Positions 63,981-64,000 of a stretch of DNA of 64,000 bases are shown one piece after another. The stretch lies in contig NC_086097.1 in the NCBI RefSeq assembly GCF_963921235.1, positions 49,354,001-49,418,000 of the forward strand. Reading direction: 5' to 3'. A model generated the notes under the pieces. It had not been told where the DNA came from, made no database searches, and saw only the letters and a program-made list of their open reading frames with translations. The translations under genes and the position numbers were made by a program. Each line of letters starts with the position of its first letter. Positions within the stretch are counted from its first letter, which is position 1. Source of the DNA: Mobula hypostoma. Taxonomy: Eukaryota.

Positions 63981-64000
63981 AACATGGCCACATATTTTAG

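Noticed and set aside
1..64000. CRISPR arrays, rRNA or genuine tRNA genes, prokaryotic operons
   Set aside because: None seen. The DNA is vertebrate, and the tRNA-like boxes belong to SINE heads.

Overview
Repeat-dense vertebrate genomic DNA. The repeat spectrum (many CR1, Penelope-like and Rex/Babar fragments, tRNA-derived SINEs) suggests a cartilaginous fish, probably a ray; this is inference only. The one clearly recognisable host gene segment is the first coding exon of INF2 (62389-62782, + strand), so the rest of the window is upstream or intronic. Nearly all listed ORFs are fragments of decayed transposable elements: CR1, L2, L1, Rex/Babar, R4/Dong, Penelope-like, two solo-LTR families, Tc1, hAT and Harbinger. 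The most interesting signal is a decayed minus-strand coding sequence at about 39322-42411 that resembles none of these. It is split by three later insertions (CR1, solo LTR, Tc1), keeps its reading frame when each is removed, and ends in a stop codon followed by TAAAAAAAAA. It is a candidate endogenous viral element, possibly the 3' part of a bornavirus-like L gene; that assignment is unverified and needs a homology search. The Penelope terminal repeats also carry decayed minimal hammerhead ribozyme motifs. Boundaries not fixed by a TSD or TIR are approximate.
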